From contig CACKXF010000001.1 in NCBI GenBank assembly GCA_902604065.1, positions 2,552 to 66,551 on the forward strand: a stretch of DNA of 64,000 bases, given 5' to 3'. The notes under the pieces are model-generated. The model was not told where the DNA came from, did no database searches, and saw nothing but the letters and a program-made list of their open reading frames with translations. Positions 1 to 8,786 of the stretch are shown here, piece by piece (the first letter of the stretch is position 1; each line of letters opens with the position of its first letter). This DNA is from an uncultured Pelagibacteraceae bacterium. GTDB taxonomy: Bacteria > Pseudomonadota > Alphaproteobacteria > Pelagibacterales > Pelagibacteraceae. The position numbers were made by a program, and so were the translations under genes.

Positions 1-1027
1 CAATTATTAAACTTGAGATCGCATTTATTAATGTATCTATAGTACTTAAGGTTAAAGACATCGCTAATACTAAAATTGCGATTACTATTAATGAACTTTT
101 ATCTTTGAGTATTAAATCGAAAAAAGCTAGATCAGGAATTACTTTTGAATTTAAAGAATAAGATATAAGACCTGAATAGCCCATCCAAAATACTATTAAA
201 AAAATAATTGCAGATGAATAGATTAAACTGGTTTTTAATATAGAATTATTTTTAGCTGAGAAAACTCTTTGCCAGTTTCCTTGATGGAATAAATTTGTTG
301 CAGCAACTGCTATAAAAAAAGTTAATCCTGCTGTATAGTTTGGTAAATAATTTTTATCAATTAAGTTAGGTGAGTTTTTTTTAATTATTTCATGACTTGG
401 TAAATCTAAATTTTTCAATATCAATAAAAAAGACATTAAAATTATTACTACGATAAAACTAAATTGATATTTATCGGTAATAATTGAAAGTTTAAAACCC
501 CCTCTCAATATATAGAGTAAGCAAATTATCAAAGTTCCGCCTGCTGTTAACCATAGAGGTACTTGAGATATAAAATTTAACAAAGAAGCTATTGCTGTGA
601 CTTCAGCTATTAAAAATATTGTTAAGTAAAATAATATTAAAATTAGACTTATCTTTAAAATCCCGATGCCAAATCTTTTTTTTATAAATTCGGTTAATGT
701 CAGACCCTTTGGAAACTCTTTTCTTATTTTAGGTCCAAAATTATATAAAAAGAACATTGGAGCTGCCGTGCCTAAAGAATATCCAATAACAGCACCTATT
801 CCTCCCCAAGTTGCTGCAGAAGCTGGGCCAAAAAGGATCCAAGCACCAAGTGCTGATGCTGTTAAACTTGCTGTTAATGAAAATGTATCTTCATCCCTAT
901 CTCCAACAATGTAGTTTTTGTTATTAGATATTTTTTTTGAGTTTAAATAACCTAATCCAATAAAAAATAAGCCTATTAAAATAGTAACTGATAATGTTGT
1001 TTGTGAAGATAAGTATGTTTTTTCCAT
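1..1027 (-). CDS. thiV: Sodium:solute symporter, ThiV-like thiamin-pyrimidine transporter (5' part, runs off the window)
   Basis: Identical to the 5' part of 38269..39720. ATG at 1027, directly below a TPP-like aptamer. Confidence 0.75.
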   Translation of the reverse strand, partial: MEKTYLSSQTTLSVTILIGLFFIGLGYLNSKKISNNKNYIVGDRDEDTFSLTASLTASALGAWILFGPASAATWGGIGAVIGYSLGTAAPMFFLYNFGPKIRKEFPKGLTLTEFIKKRFGIGILKISLILILFYLTIFLIAEVTAIASLLNFISQVPLWLTAGGTLIICLLYILRGGFKLSIITDKYQFSFIVVIILMSFLLILKNLDLPSHEIIKKNSPNLIDKNYLPNYTAGLTFFIAVAATNLFHQGNWQRVFSAKNNSILKTSLIYSSAIIFLIVFWMGYSGLISYSLNSKVIPDLAFFDLILKDKSSLIVIAILVLAMSLTLSTIDTLINAISSLII

Positions 1028-1028
1028 A

Positions 1029-1091
1029 TTTCCCTTACTGAATTACCGGTCAGGTTCTTCGGGTATAATCTCAGTCTTTTAGACACCCCGT
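1029..1091 (-). ncRNA. TPP riboswitch-like aptamer (variant)
   Basis: Minus strand reads CGGGGUGUCUAAAAGACUGAGAUUAUACCCGAAGAACCUGACCGGUAAUUCAGUAAGGGAAAU-AUG. It has P2 GGG/CCC, a P3 GUCU/AGAC hairpin, and the CUGAGA, AUACCC, ACCUGA, UAAU and AGGGAA hallmarks. Confidence 0.9.
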
Positions 1092-1097
1092 TTTTTC

Positions 1098-1127
1098 TTT
1101 ATACTCTTATTTTAGGTAATAAGTCAA
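1098..1127 (-). promoter_or_regulatory. Putative sigma70 promoter for riboswitch-thiV, embedded in the 3' end of umuC
   Basis: TTGACT (1127-1122), N18, TATAAA (1103-1098). Predicted start ~1091 coincides with the 5' end of the aptamer. Confidence 0.6.
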
Positions 1128-2382
1128 ATGAAGCTGTATCTATCTTTGAAGAGTGTTCCCTTCTCATTTTCCAACCTTTGCTTAAGCCAGCTTGAGCTAT
1201 GCTTATCGCGTATCTTCCATACTTTGTATTTGTATAATCTATAGCTTTCATTAATTTTTTAGATTTGTTCTCTAAAAGTGGAGTTAAAAGATTTTGATCG
1301 TTTTGATTAGCATCCTTCAAGCCTGACAAGATTATACCTGCCTTTTGGTATGAATATCCATATTTATATATATCAGTTAAGGCTTTAATAGCATTTTTTA
1401 TTAATTCTATACTATTACTAGATGGAATTGCTAAGTCTATTGTTTTTGAATTAGAATAATATTTTTTATTCTTATCAAATGGACTGGTCCTAATAAATAC
1501 GGTTATTGTTTTTGCAATTTGATCATCTGCTCTAATTTTTTCCGCTGCATTCAAACAATGTGTAATAACTGATTCTTCCAACTCATTTATATCTTTTACT
1601 TTTCTACCAAAAGATCTTGAAACACAACAATTCTTTCTTTTTTCCTGATCTATCTGTAAATCAATACACGGTATCCCTCTTAATTCCATTGCTGTTTTTG
1701 CACCTAAAACATTTGTTCCTTTTTTTACCCATGTATTTGAAACATTTTTTAAATCATAAGCATTACTGATATTATTTTTATGATAAAATTTAGATAATTG
1801 TTTTCCTACACCCCAGACATCTTCGATAGGAAATTTTTTTAATTTTTCATCAATATTTTCATTTAGATATATTACTCCTGCTTTTTCTTTTTTTGCTATA
1901 TGATTTGCAACTTTGCTTAAAGTTTTTGTACAAGCTATACCTACGCTTGTCGGTATGCCTGTCCATTTAAGCACTCTTGATCTTATCTCACTCCCGTAAT
2001 CTTCCACACCTTTTTCATCCATAAAAGATAAGTCAATAAAAGCTTCATCAATTGAATAAATTTCGACTTTTGGTGAAAAAGTTTTTAAAACTTTCATTAC
2101 TCTTCTCGATATATCTCCGTACAACGCATAATTGGATGAATATACTTCTACTTTATTTCTTTTAACTAATTCCTTAACTTTGAAGTAAGGTTCTCCCATT
2201 TTAATACCAATTTCTTTTGCTTCTTTTGACCTAGATATTACACAACCGTCGTTATTAGATAAAACAACTACGGCTTTTTTTTGTATTTTTGGATTAAAAA
2301 GTCTTTCGCATGAAACATAAAAAGAATTACAGTCTACTAAAGCTATTCTACTTTTTTTAGTTATGTACTTTATGGATGACAT
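1099..2382 (-). CDS. umuC: Y-family DNA polymerase V subunit UmuC
   Basis: Motifs ALVDCNSFYVSCE, VVLSNNDGC, SSNYALYGD, YSIDEAF and C-terminal WKMRRE. Follows umuD. Confidence 0.93.
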   Translation of the reverse strand: MSSIKYITKKSRIALVDCNSFYVSCERLFNPKIQKKAVVVLSNNDGCVISRSKEAKEIGIKMGEPYFKVKELVKRNKVEVYSSNYALYGDISRRVMKVLKTFSPKVEIYSIDEAFIDLSFMDEKGVEDYGSEIRSRVLKWTGIPTSVGIACTKTLSKVANHIAKKEKAGVIYLNENIDEKLKKFPIEDVWGVGKQLSKFYHKNNISNAYDLKNVSNTWVKKGTNVLGAKTAMELRGIPCIDLQIDQEKRKNCCVSRSFGRKVKDINELEESVITHCLNAAEKIRADDQIAKTITVFIRTSPFDKNKKYYSNSKTIDLAIPSSNSIELIKNAIKALTDIYKYGYSYQKAGIILSGLKDANQNDQNLLTPLLENKSKKLMKAIDYTNTKYGRYAISIAQAGLSKGWKMRREHSSKIDTASFDLLPKIRV

Positions 2383-2755
2383 AAGTTACTACCCCCCAAA
2401 TAATTATTTCTTGATCTTTTGCTAAAGGAATTCTGTCTGATGTTTTTTTTGATCCAGACGTTAAAAATGTTTCACCCTTTTCTTTTAAAATTGTTTTTAC
2501 GACTAATTCATCGTTAACATTGGCTATGACAGTTGAGAGATTTTTGGGATTGATGCTTCTGTCCACTATTAATAAATCACCATCATAGATTCCTACACTA
2601 TTCATTGATTTTCCCTGAACCCTAATTATAAAAGTTGCTGGTGAATTTTTTATTAGATAATTATTTAAATCTACATCGTCTTCAATGTAATCTGTTGCAG
2701 GAGAAGGAAAACCAGCTCCTACTTTATGTATATAATAAGGTATTTTAAGCTCCAT
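2357..2755 (-). CDS. umuD: UmuD (S24 autopeptidase)
   Basis: AGFPSPA cleavage site, GKSM catalytic Ser and VVK catalytic Lys. Confidence 0.93.
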   Translation of the reverse strand: MELKIPYYIHKVGAGFPSPATDYIEDDVDLNNYLIKNSPATFIIRVQGKSMNSVGIYDGDLLIVDRSINPKNLSTVIANVNDELVVKTILKEKGETFLTSGSKKTSDRIPLAKDQEIIIWGVVTYVIHKVHN

Positions 2756-2759
2756 AAAT

Positions 2760-2774
2760 GTTCCTATTTTGTTC
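2760..2774. promoter_or_regulatory. Alphaproteobacterial LexA (SOS) box
   Basis: GTTC-CTATTTT-GTTC (GTTC-N7-GTTC), 4 nt upstream of the umuD ATG. Confidence 0.88.
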
Positions 2775-2775
2775 T

Positions 2776-2804
2776 TTTATAGAAAATAATATAGCTTTAG
2801 TCAA
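2776..2804 (-). promoter_or_regulatory. sigma70 promoter of umuDC
   Basis: TTGACT (2804-2799), N17, TATAAA (2781-2776). The predicted start site falls inside the LexA box. Confidence 0.75.
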
Positions 2805-2862
2805 CTGTTATATGGGGCAATATGCGTTTGGAATTAAAATAAGTTAAAAGTTAAAAACTTAG

Positions 2863-3630
2863 ATGAAAAAAATTTTAATATTTCTAGCATTATTATTAAC
2901 AACTTCTATTGCGCAAGCTGATTCAAAGCTACAAACAATCAAAAAAAATGGCGAACTAAGAGTTGGTACGACTGGAGATTGGGATCCAATGTCAATGAAA
3001 GATCCAGCTACAAATAAATATAAAGGATTTGATATTGATGTGATGAGAGAACTAGCTAAAGATATGGGTGTAAAAGTAAAGTTTGTTCCAGCAGAGTGGA
3101 AAACAATAGTTGCTGGAATTACAGCTGACAGATACGATATTTCAACAAGTGTAACCAAAACGCCTAAAAGAGCTGAAGTAGCAGGTTTCACAGAAACGTA
3201 TTTTAAATATGGAACAGTTCCATTAGTACTTAAAAAAAATTTAAAAAAATTTCCTACTTGGGACTCATTAAACTCAAAAAAAGTTAAAATAGCTACAACT
3301 TTAGGAACATCTCAGGAAGAAAAAGCAAAAGAATTTTTTCCAAAATCTAAACTTAGATCAATAGAGGCTCCAGCACGAGACTATCAAGAGGTTTTAGCTG
3401 GTAGAGCAGACGGAAATATTACCAGCTCACTGGAAGCAAATAAATTAATCATCAAATATCCTCAATTAGCCATAGTGCCAGATGGCGGAAAGAACCCAGC
3501 ATTTTTAGCAATGATGGTGCCAAAAGGAGACAAGGCTTGGAATGATTACGTGAGTAGTTGGATTAAAAGAAAACAAACTTCTGGGTTTTTCATGACTTTA
3601 GAAGCTAAATACAATCTTAAAAGCTTATAA
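2863..3630 (+). CDS. Family 3 solute-binding protein, cyclohexadienyl dehydratase (PheC)-like clade
   Basis: Signal peptide (AQA-D), LRVGTTGDW motif and GFDIDV. Confidence 0.85.
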   Translation: MKKILIFLALLLTTSIAQADSKLQTIKKNGELRVGTTGDWDPMSMKDPATNKYKGFDIDVMRELAKDMGVKVKFVPAEWKTIVAGITADRYDISTSVTKTPKRAEVAGFTETYFKYGTVPLVLKKNLKKFPTWDSLNSKKVKIATTLGTSQEEKAKEFFPKSKLRSIEAPARDYQEVLAGRADGNITSSLEANKLIIKYPQLAIVPDGGKNPAFLAMMVPKGDKAWNDYVSSWIKRKQTSGFFMTLEAKYNLKSL

Positions 3631-3671
3631 TTTTAGTTTTAATAACTTCCATTAATTAATATAGTCAATCT

Positions 3672-4406
3672 GTGAAGATTACTAAATATTTTTTATTATT
3701 GTTTGTTCTTCAAGGGTGTAGCTCAAACTATGAATGGGGTTGGTATATATTAAGTCCAGATAATGTTGAGGGACTTACCAATCTAAAATTTCTTATAAGT
3801 GGAATAACTACTACAATTTATATTTCAGTAATTTCGATTATTTTAGCTATGATAATAGGATTAATTATTGCTTTGCCCTCATTGTCAAAAAATAAATTTT
3901 TAACATATTTGAATATTACATACGTAGAAATAGTACGAGCTATTCCCTTATTGGTTTTAATATTATGGATTTACTACGGCTTACCAATAATGTTAGGTGT
4001 AAGCTTCTCCCCTTTTGTCTCTGGTATTATCGCTTTAACAATAAGTGAAAGTGCTTTTCAAGCTGAAATTTTTAGAGCTGGTATTAATTCTATAAGCAAA
4101 GGTCAGCATGAGGTTTCGGAGTCGCTTGGAATGAGTTTTTGGAAAAAAATGAGATTAGTAATTTTACCACAAGCTATAAAAGTAGTATTACCAGCTATGG
4201 GTAACCAATTTGTATATGTTTTAAAGATGTCTTCACTTGTATCAATTATTGGAATAGCTGATTTAACAAGAAAAGCAAATGAACTTGTTACTACTACTTA
4301 TAGGCCACTAGAAATTTATACTTTTTTAATTTTAGAATATTTGGTTTTGATTTTAATAGTCTCTTATTTTGTAAGGAAATTGGAAAACAAATTAGAATAT
4401 AAGTAA
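3672..4406 (+). CDS. Polar amino acid ABC transporter permease with N-terminal lipobox
   Basis: YVEIVRAIPLLV, AEIFRAGI and an EAA-like loop. GTG start, LQGC lipobox at residues 13-16. Confidence 0.88.
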   Translation: MKITKYFLLLFVLQGCSSNYEWGWYILSPDNVEGLTNLKFLISGITTTIYISVISIILAMIIGLIIALPSLSKNKFLTYLNITYVEIVRAIPLLVLILWIYYGLPIMLGVSFSPFVSGIIALTISESAFQAEIFRAGINSISKGQHEVSESLGMSFWKKMRLVILPQAIKVVLPAMGNQFVYVLKMSSLVSIIGIADLTRKANELVTTTYRPLEIYTFLILEYLVLILIVSYFVRKLENKLEYK

Positions 4407-5753
4407 TTTTTTAAAAGATATTTTAAAGACCCGCATTAAAAAAAACGGTACAAAAGTTAAAACAATTAGTCCCATCATCCAATTTGTTATCATTATAGTG
4501 TAAAAAATATCTTGATAACCTCCATTCTTCATATTGATTACATACCATAAAGACAAAAACGGTATTAAGGTTAGTCTAAGTATAGTCATATAAAGACTAT
4601 ATATTGGTCTTTTAAGCGCTTGAAACAAAGCAGAAGTTATAAAAAATACTGGATAAACTGGGCCGATAAAAGCAGCAACTTGTAGATAAAGCGCTCCATT
4701 TTGAATTACTTGAGGATCATTAGTAAATAAAGATATTATTAGCTCCGATGTTAAGTAAATAATAATACCTGCTAAAACCATAAAGCCTGAACCAAACATT
4801 AAAGCTTTTCCGTACACTTCCTTAACTCTAAAGTGCATTTTGGCACCAAAATTTTGCCCAGCTATAGCGAGCACAGCAGTATTTAATCCTATAACTGGCA
4901 ACAATAATACTTGTTCTATTCTGACCGCTGTACCATAACCTGCCGTTGCCAACTCACCAAATTGACCAACGAAATAGAAAATATTAAATACTCCAAACAT
5001 TATCATTAACATAGTAAACATTATTGGAACTGACTGTTTAAAAAGTATGCTAATGTAATCAAGCTTTGGTTTAAAACATTCTATATATAAGTACTTTTTT
5101 AATTTACAACAGTAAACTTTATTAGCTAAATATATTAAACCTACACACTGAGCTACTAATGTGGCTATAGCTAAACCAGCAATTCCAAATGCTGGTATAA
5201 ACCCATAACCAAAAATAAATAAAGGATTAAGAAATATATTTAAGAAGAAAGTAAATATTAAAACATTTCTATAACTTTTTGTATCACCTTGTGCATTCAA
5301 AGTTCCATTTAAAGATAATTGAATTAATACAATTATGGCACCAAAAAATATTATATCTAAGTATTCACGTGTTAAAATTATACTTTGTTCGGTAGAACCC
5401 ATAATTCTTAAAAGCTCATCTGAAAAATTTAAACCAAACAAAGTTACAAAGATTGAGATAACAATTGCCAGTACTATAGACTGGGCAACGTACATAGATG
5501 CTTTTCTGTCTTCTTTAGCACCTATAGAGTTACTTATTAAAGCTGTTGTACCAGCACCAATACCAACGGCCACAGCTATTGCTATAAAATAAATTGGCCA
5601 AGATTTTGCTATTGCTGCTAGTGCTTCTGGAGAAATTTTTCCTGCGAAATAAGTATCAACTAGATTATAAAAAGTTTGAAAAAGTGATCCAGTGCTTGCA
5701 GGTATGGTTACTTTTCTTAAAAGTTGCCAAATTGAACCTCTTGTTAAATCCAT
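4392..5753 (-). CDS. MATE family efflux transporter
   Basis: 453 aa hydrophobic protein with YNLVDT, GDTK and GQNFGAK MATE motifs. Confidence 0.92.
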   Translation of the reverse strand: MDLTRGSIWQLLRKVTIPASTGSLFQTFYNLVDTYFAGKISPEALAAIAKSWPIYFIAIAVAVGIGAGTTALISNSIGAKEDRKASMYVAQSIVLAIVISIFVTLFGLNFSDELLRIMGSTEQSIILTREYLDIIFFGAIIVLIQLSLNGTLNAQGDTKSYRNVLIFTFFLNIFLNPLFIFGYGFIPAFGIAGLAIATLVAQCVGLIYLANKVYCCKLKKYLYIECFKPKLDYISILFKQSVPIMFTMLMIMFGVFNIFYFVGQFGELATAGYGTAVRIEQVLLLPVIGLNTAVLAIAGQNFGAKMHFRVKEVYGKALMFGSGFMVLAGIIIYLTSELIISLFTNDPQVIQNGALYLQVAAFIGPVYPVFFITSALFQALKRPIYSLYMTILRLTLIPFLSLWYVINMKNGGYQDIFYTIMITNWMMGLIVLTFVPFFLMRVFKISFKKLLIF

Positions 5754-5755
5754 AT

Positions 5756-6661
5756 TTAATATTCCTTTTGAAACTTATGCTTCTTTCCCGCTTTTTTAGC
5801 AAGATTAATTTGATTTTGCCTCATTCGAAATCTTGATTTTTGCAAACTTGATAGTGTGTCATAACACCTTTCACAAGAAACACCCTCTTCATATTTTTTT
5901 GATCTCTTATCTTTTGTTGATATAGGTTTCCGACACCCTCCGCAAATTGAATAAGTTCCCTGTTTTAATTTATGCTTTAAAGAAACTCTATTATCGAAAA
6001 CAAAACATTCTCCTTTCCACAAGCTATCTTTTTTTTTAGTTTTATTGAGATAATTAATTATTCCACCTTTTAATTGAAATACGTTTTTAAAACCTTTTTT
6101 TTTTAAAAATATTGATGCCTTTTCACATCTAATACCTCCAGTGCAGAACATTGCAACAGGTTTGGTTTTTTCAATTTTACTTAAAAATTTTGGAAAATCA
6201 CGAAAATTTTGTATATTTGGATTCATTGCTTTCTTAAAAGTACCAACATTATATTCGAAGGGTTTTCTTACATCAATCACAAGAGTTTTTTTTTTTGTAA
6301 TCAGTTTGTTCCAAGATTTTCCAGACAAATACCTATTATGTCTTTTGCTTTCACCATTAATTTTTAACCCAAGTGGCACTACTTCTTTTTTTATTTTTAC
6401 TTTTGCTTTGTGAAATGGTTGAAAACGACTAGTAGAAATATTATTGCTATCAAAGTCTGTGAATTTAAAACTTTTTTTTAGTAATTTTAAAATTTTAGAA
6501 ATATCTTTACTATTACCTGCAAGAGCTCCATTAATACCTTCTGATGATATTATTATTGATCCTCTAATACTAGTGTTTGATATTTCGTTTTCAAGATAAG
6601 TTTTATATTTTTTTAAGGAATTAATCTTTTTAAACTTGTAAAATCCAGATATAGTAAACAT
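5756..6661 (-). CDS. trhO: tRNA uridine(34) hydroxylase TrhO (rhodanese, YceA family)
   Basis: FYKF, EGING, DVRKPFEYNVGTF, MFCTGGIRCEKAS and GECFVFDNRV. Confidence 0.9.
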   Translation of the reverse strand: MFTISGFYKFKKINSLKKYKTYLENEISNTSIRGSIIISSEGINGALAGNSKDISKILKLLKKSFKFTDFDSNNISTSRFQPFHKAKVKIKKEVVPLGLKINGESKRHNRYLSGKSWNKLITKKKTLVIDVRKPFEYNVGTFKKAMNPNIQNFRDFPKFLSKIEKTKPVAMFCTGGIRCEKASIFLKKKGFKNVFQLKGGIINYLNKTKKKDSLWKGECFVFDNRVSLKHKLKQGTYSICGGCRKPISTKDKRSKKYEEGVSCERCYDTLSSLQKSRFRMRQNQINLAKKAGKKHKFQKEY

Positions 6662-7314
6662 TAATTTTTAATACAAATAGTTAATCCATCACCAACAGGA
6701 ATTATGTTTTTTGTAACTCTTTTATCTTGTTTAACATGGTTATTAAAATCCCTAATAATATTTGTAAATTTATCGTTGTTTGCATTGTCCGCAACTTCGC
6801 CATGCCATAATACGTTATCAATAATTATCAGGCCTTTTTTATCTATTAAATCTATACTAGTTTCGTAATAATTTAGGTAATTTTCTTTATCAGCATCAAT
6901 AAAAATTAAATCGAAAGATTTTTTTGTGTCTTTTAATTCTTTTAAACTTTCTACAGCTGGTTTAATAATTTGTTTAATTCTTTTTTCATTGGCTTTAGCA
7001 TAAAAGGATTTAGCCTTACTACTAAATTCATAATTTTTATCTAAACTAATTAAAATTCCATCAAGAGGAAGTGCCATCGCCATGGATAAAGCGCTAAAAC
7101 CAGTGAAACTACCAATCTCTAAAATTTTTTTAACGTTTGAAACTTTTATTAATGTTTGTAGAAAATGCGCTTGCGATATAGATATTTGTAATCTTTGTTG
7201 ATCTCCTAAACTTTTATTATGCTGAATAATTTCATTCTGAACATCTGATAGATTTTCTGAATGATTAATAATATATTGTTCAAGATTGTCAGTTAAATCT
7301 AATTTTTTAGGCAT
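6661..7314 (-). CDS. SAM-dependent O-methyltransferase family 3 (CCoAOMT/TrmR-like)
   Basis: LEIGSFTGFS, FIDADKENY, IDNVLWHG and GDGL. Confidence 0.88.
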   Translation of the reverse strand: MPKKLDLTDNLEQYIINHSENLSDVQNEIIQHNKSLGDQQRLQISISQAHFLQTLIKVSNVKKILEIGSFTGFSALSMAMALPLDGILISLDKNYEFSSKAKSFYAKANEKRIKQIIKPAVESLKELKDTKKSFDLIFIDADKENYLNYYETSIDLIDKKGLIIIDNVLWHGEVADNANNDKFTNIIRDFNNHVKQDKRVTKNIIPVGDGLTICIKN

Positions 7315-7316
7315 AA

Positions 7317-8786
7317 TTAGCCTTTTAAAAGTTTTTTTAAAATTTCGTTTGTTAATTGCGGGTTGGCTTTCCCGCCTGATTGTTTCATAACCTGTCCAAC
7401 AAAAAAACCAAATAATTTTTCTTTACCAGACTTATATTGATCAACTTTATCTTTATTCTTGGTTAATATTTCATTGATTATTTTTTCTAACTCTTTGGGA
7501 TCACTTTGTTGTTTCATCCCTTTTGATTCTATTATTTTTTTTGGATTTTCTCCGCTCTCAACCATTATTTCAAAAACTTCTTTTGCTATTCTGCCAGAAA
7601 TTTCTCCAGATTTTATTGATCGAACTAGTTCAGCAAAGTTTTTAGCAGAGATAGGTGAGTTAGATATATTCAGTCCTTTATCATTTAACATTGCGAATAA
7701 GTCACCCATCATCCATGTGGCTGCAAGTTTTTTATCAGATAATTTTGCCACCTCCTCATAATAGTCTGAGATATCTTTTTCAGAAACCAGAACATTTGCT
7801 TCATATGAATTAAGTCCGTAATCGTTAATAAATCTCTCTTTTTTATTATCGGGTAACTCAGGTAAAGTTTTTTTTAATTCATCGATTAATTTTTGTTCAA
7901 TTTTAAGAGGTAAAAGATCGGGGTCTGGAAAATATCTATAATCATGGGCGTCTTCTTTTGATCTCATTGATCTTGTTTCATTTTTCTTTGTATCGAAAAG
8001 TCTTGTCTCTTGGTCAATCTTTTTTCCGTCATCTAACATTTCAACTTGTCTATTTGATTCATATTCTATCGCCATTTGCATAAATTTAATTGAATTTACA
8101 TTTTTTATCTCACATCTTGTTCCAAGCTTTTTATCTCCGATTTTTCTTACTGATACATTTACATCTGCTCTTAATGAACCCTCTTGCATATTACCATCGC
8201 AGGTTCCTAGATATCTCATTATGGTTCTGAGTTTTTTTATATATACATTAACTTCATCTGGAGATCGAAGATCTGGTTTACTTACTATTTCCATTAGCGC
8301 AATTCCAGAACGGTTTAAGTCTACATAAGTATTTGTGGGATCCATGTCGTGAATGCTTTTACCCGCATCTTGTTCTAAATGAAGTCTTTCAATACCAATT
8401 TCTTTTGAACCATATGGCATATCCAATAAAACCTTTCCTTCACCAACGATTGGATTTTTATATTGTGAAATTTGATAACCTTGTGGAAGATCTGCGTAAA
8501 AATAATTTTTTCTATCAAATACTGAATTATTATTAATCTTAGCATTTAGTCCTAAACCAGTCCTAATAGCTTGGTTTATGCACTCTTTATTTATAACTGG
8601 CAGCATTCCAGGAAAAGCAGAGTCTATAAGACTTACTTGGCTGTTAGGTTCAGCTCCAAATTTAGTTGCAGATCCAGAGAAAAGTTTTGAATTTGAAGAT
8701 ACTTGAGCATGAACTTCCAAACCAATTATTACCTCATACTTATTTTTCTTTCCTTCTATATAATAGTCAAATTTATCTTTGCTCAT
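7317..8786 (-). CDS. gatB: Asp/Glu-tRNA amidotransferase subunit B
   Basis: [20 protein letters not shown] and YRYFPDPDL. Start placed at the ATGA overlap with gatA (ORF extends to 8795). Confidence 0.97.
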   Translation of the reverse strand: MSKDKFDYYIEGKKNKYEVIIGLEVHAQVSSNSKLFSGSATKFGAEPNSQVSLIDSAFPGMLPVINKECINQAIRTGLGLNAKINNNSVFDRKNYFYADLPQGYQISQYKNPIVGEGKVLLDMPYGSKEIGIERLHLEQDAGKSIHDMDPTNTYVDLNRSGIALMEIVSKPDLRSPDEVNVYIKKLRTIMRYLGTCDGNMQEGSLRADVNVSVRKIGDKKLGTRCEIKNVNSIKFMQMAIEYESNRQVEMLDDGKKIDQETRLFDTKKNETRSMRSKEDAHDYRYFPDPDLLPLKIEQKLIDELKKTLPELPDNKKERFINDYGLNSYEANVLVSEKDISDYYEEVAKLSDKKLAATWMMGDLFAMLNDKGLNISNSPISAKNFAELVRSIKSGEISGRIAKEVFEIMVESGENPKKIIESKGMKQQSDPKELEKIINEILTKNKDKVDQYKSGKEKLFGFFVGQVMKQSGGKANPQLTNEILKKLLKG

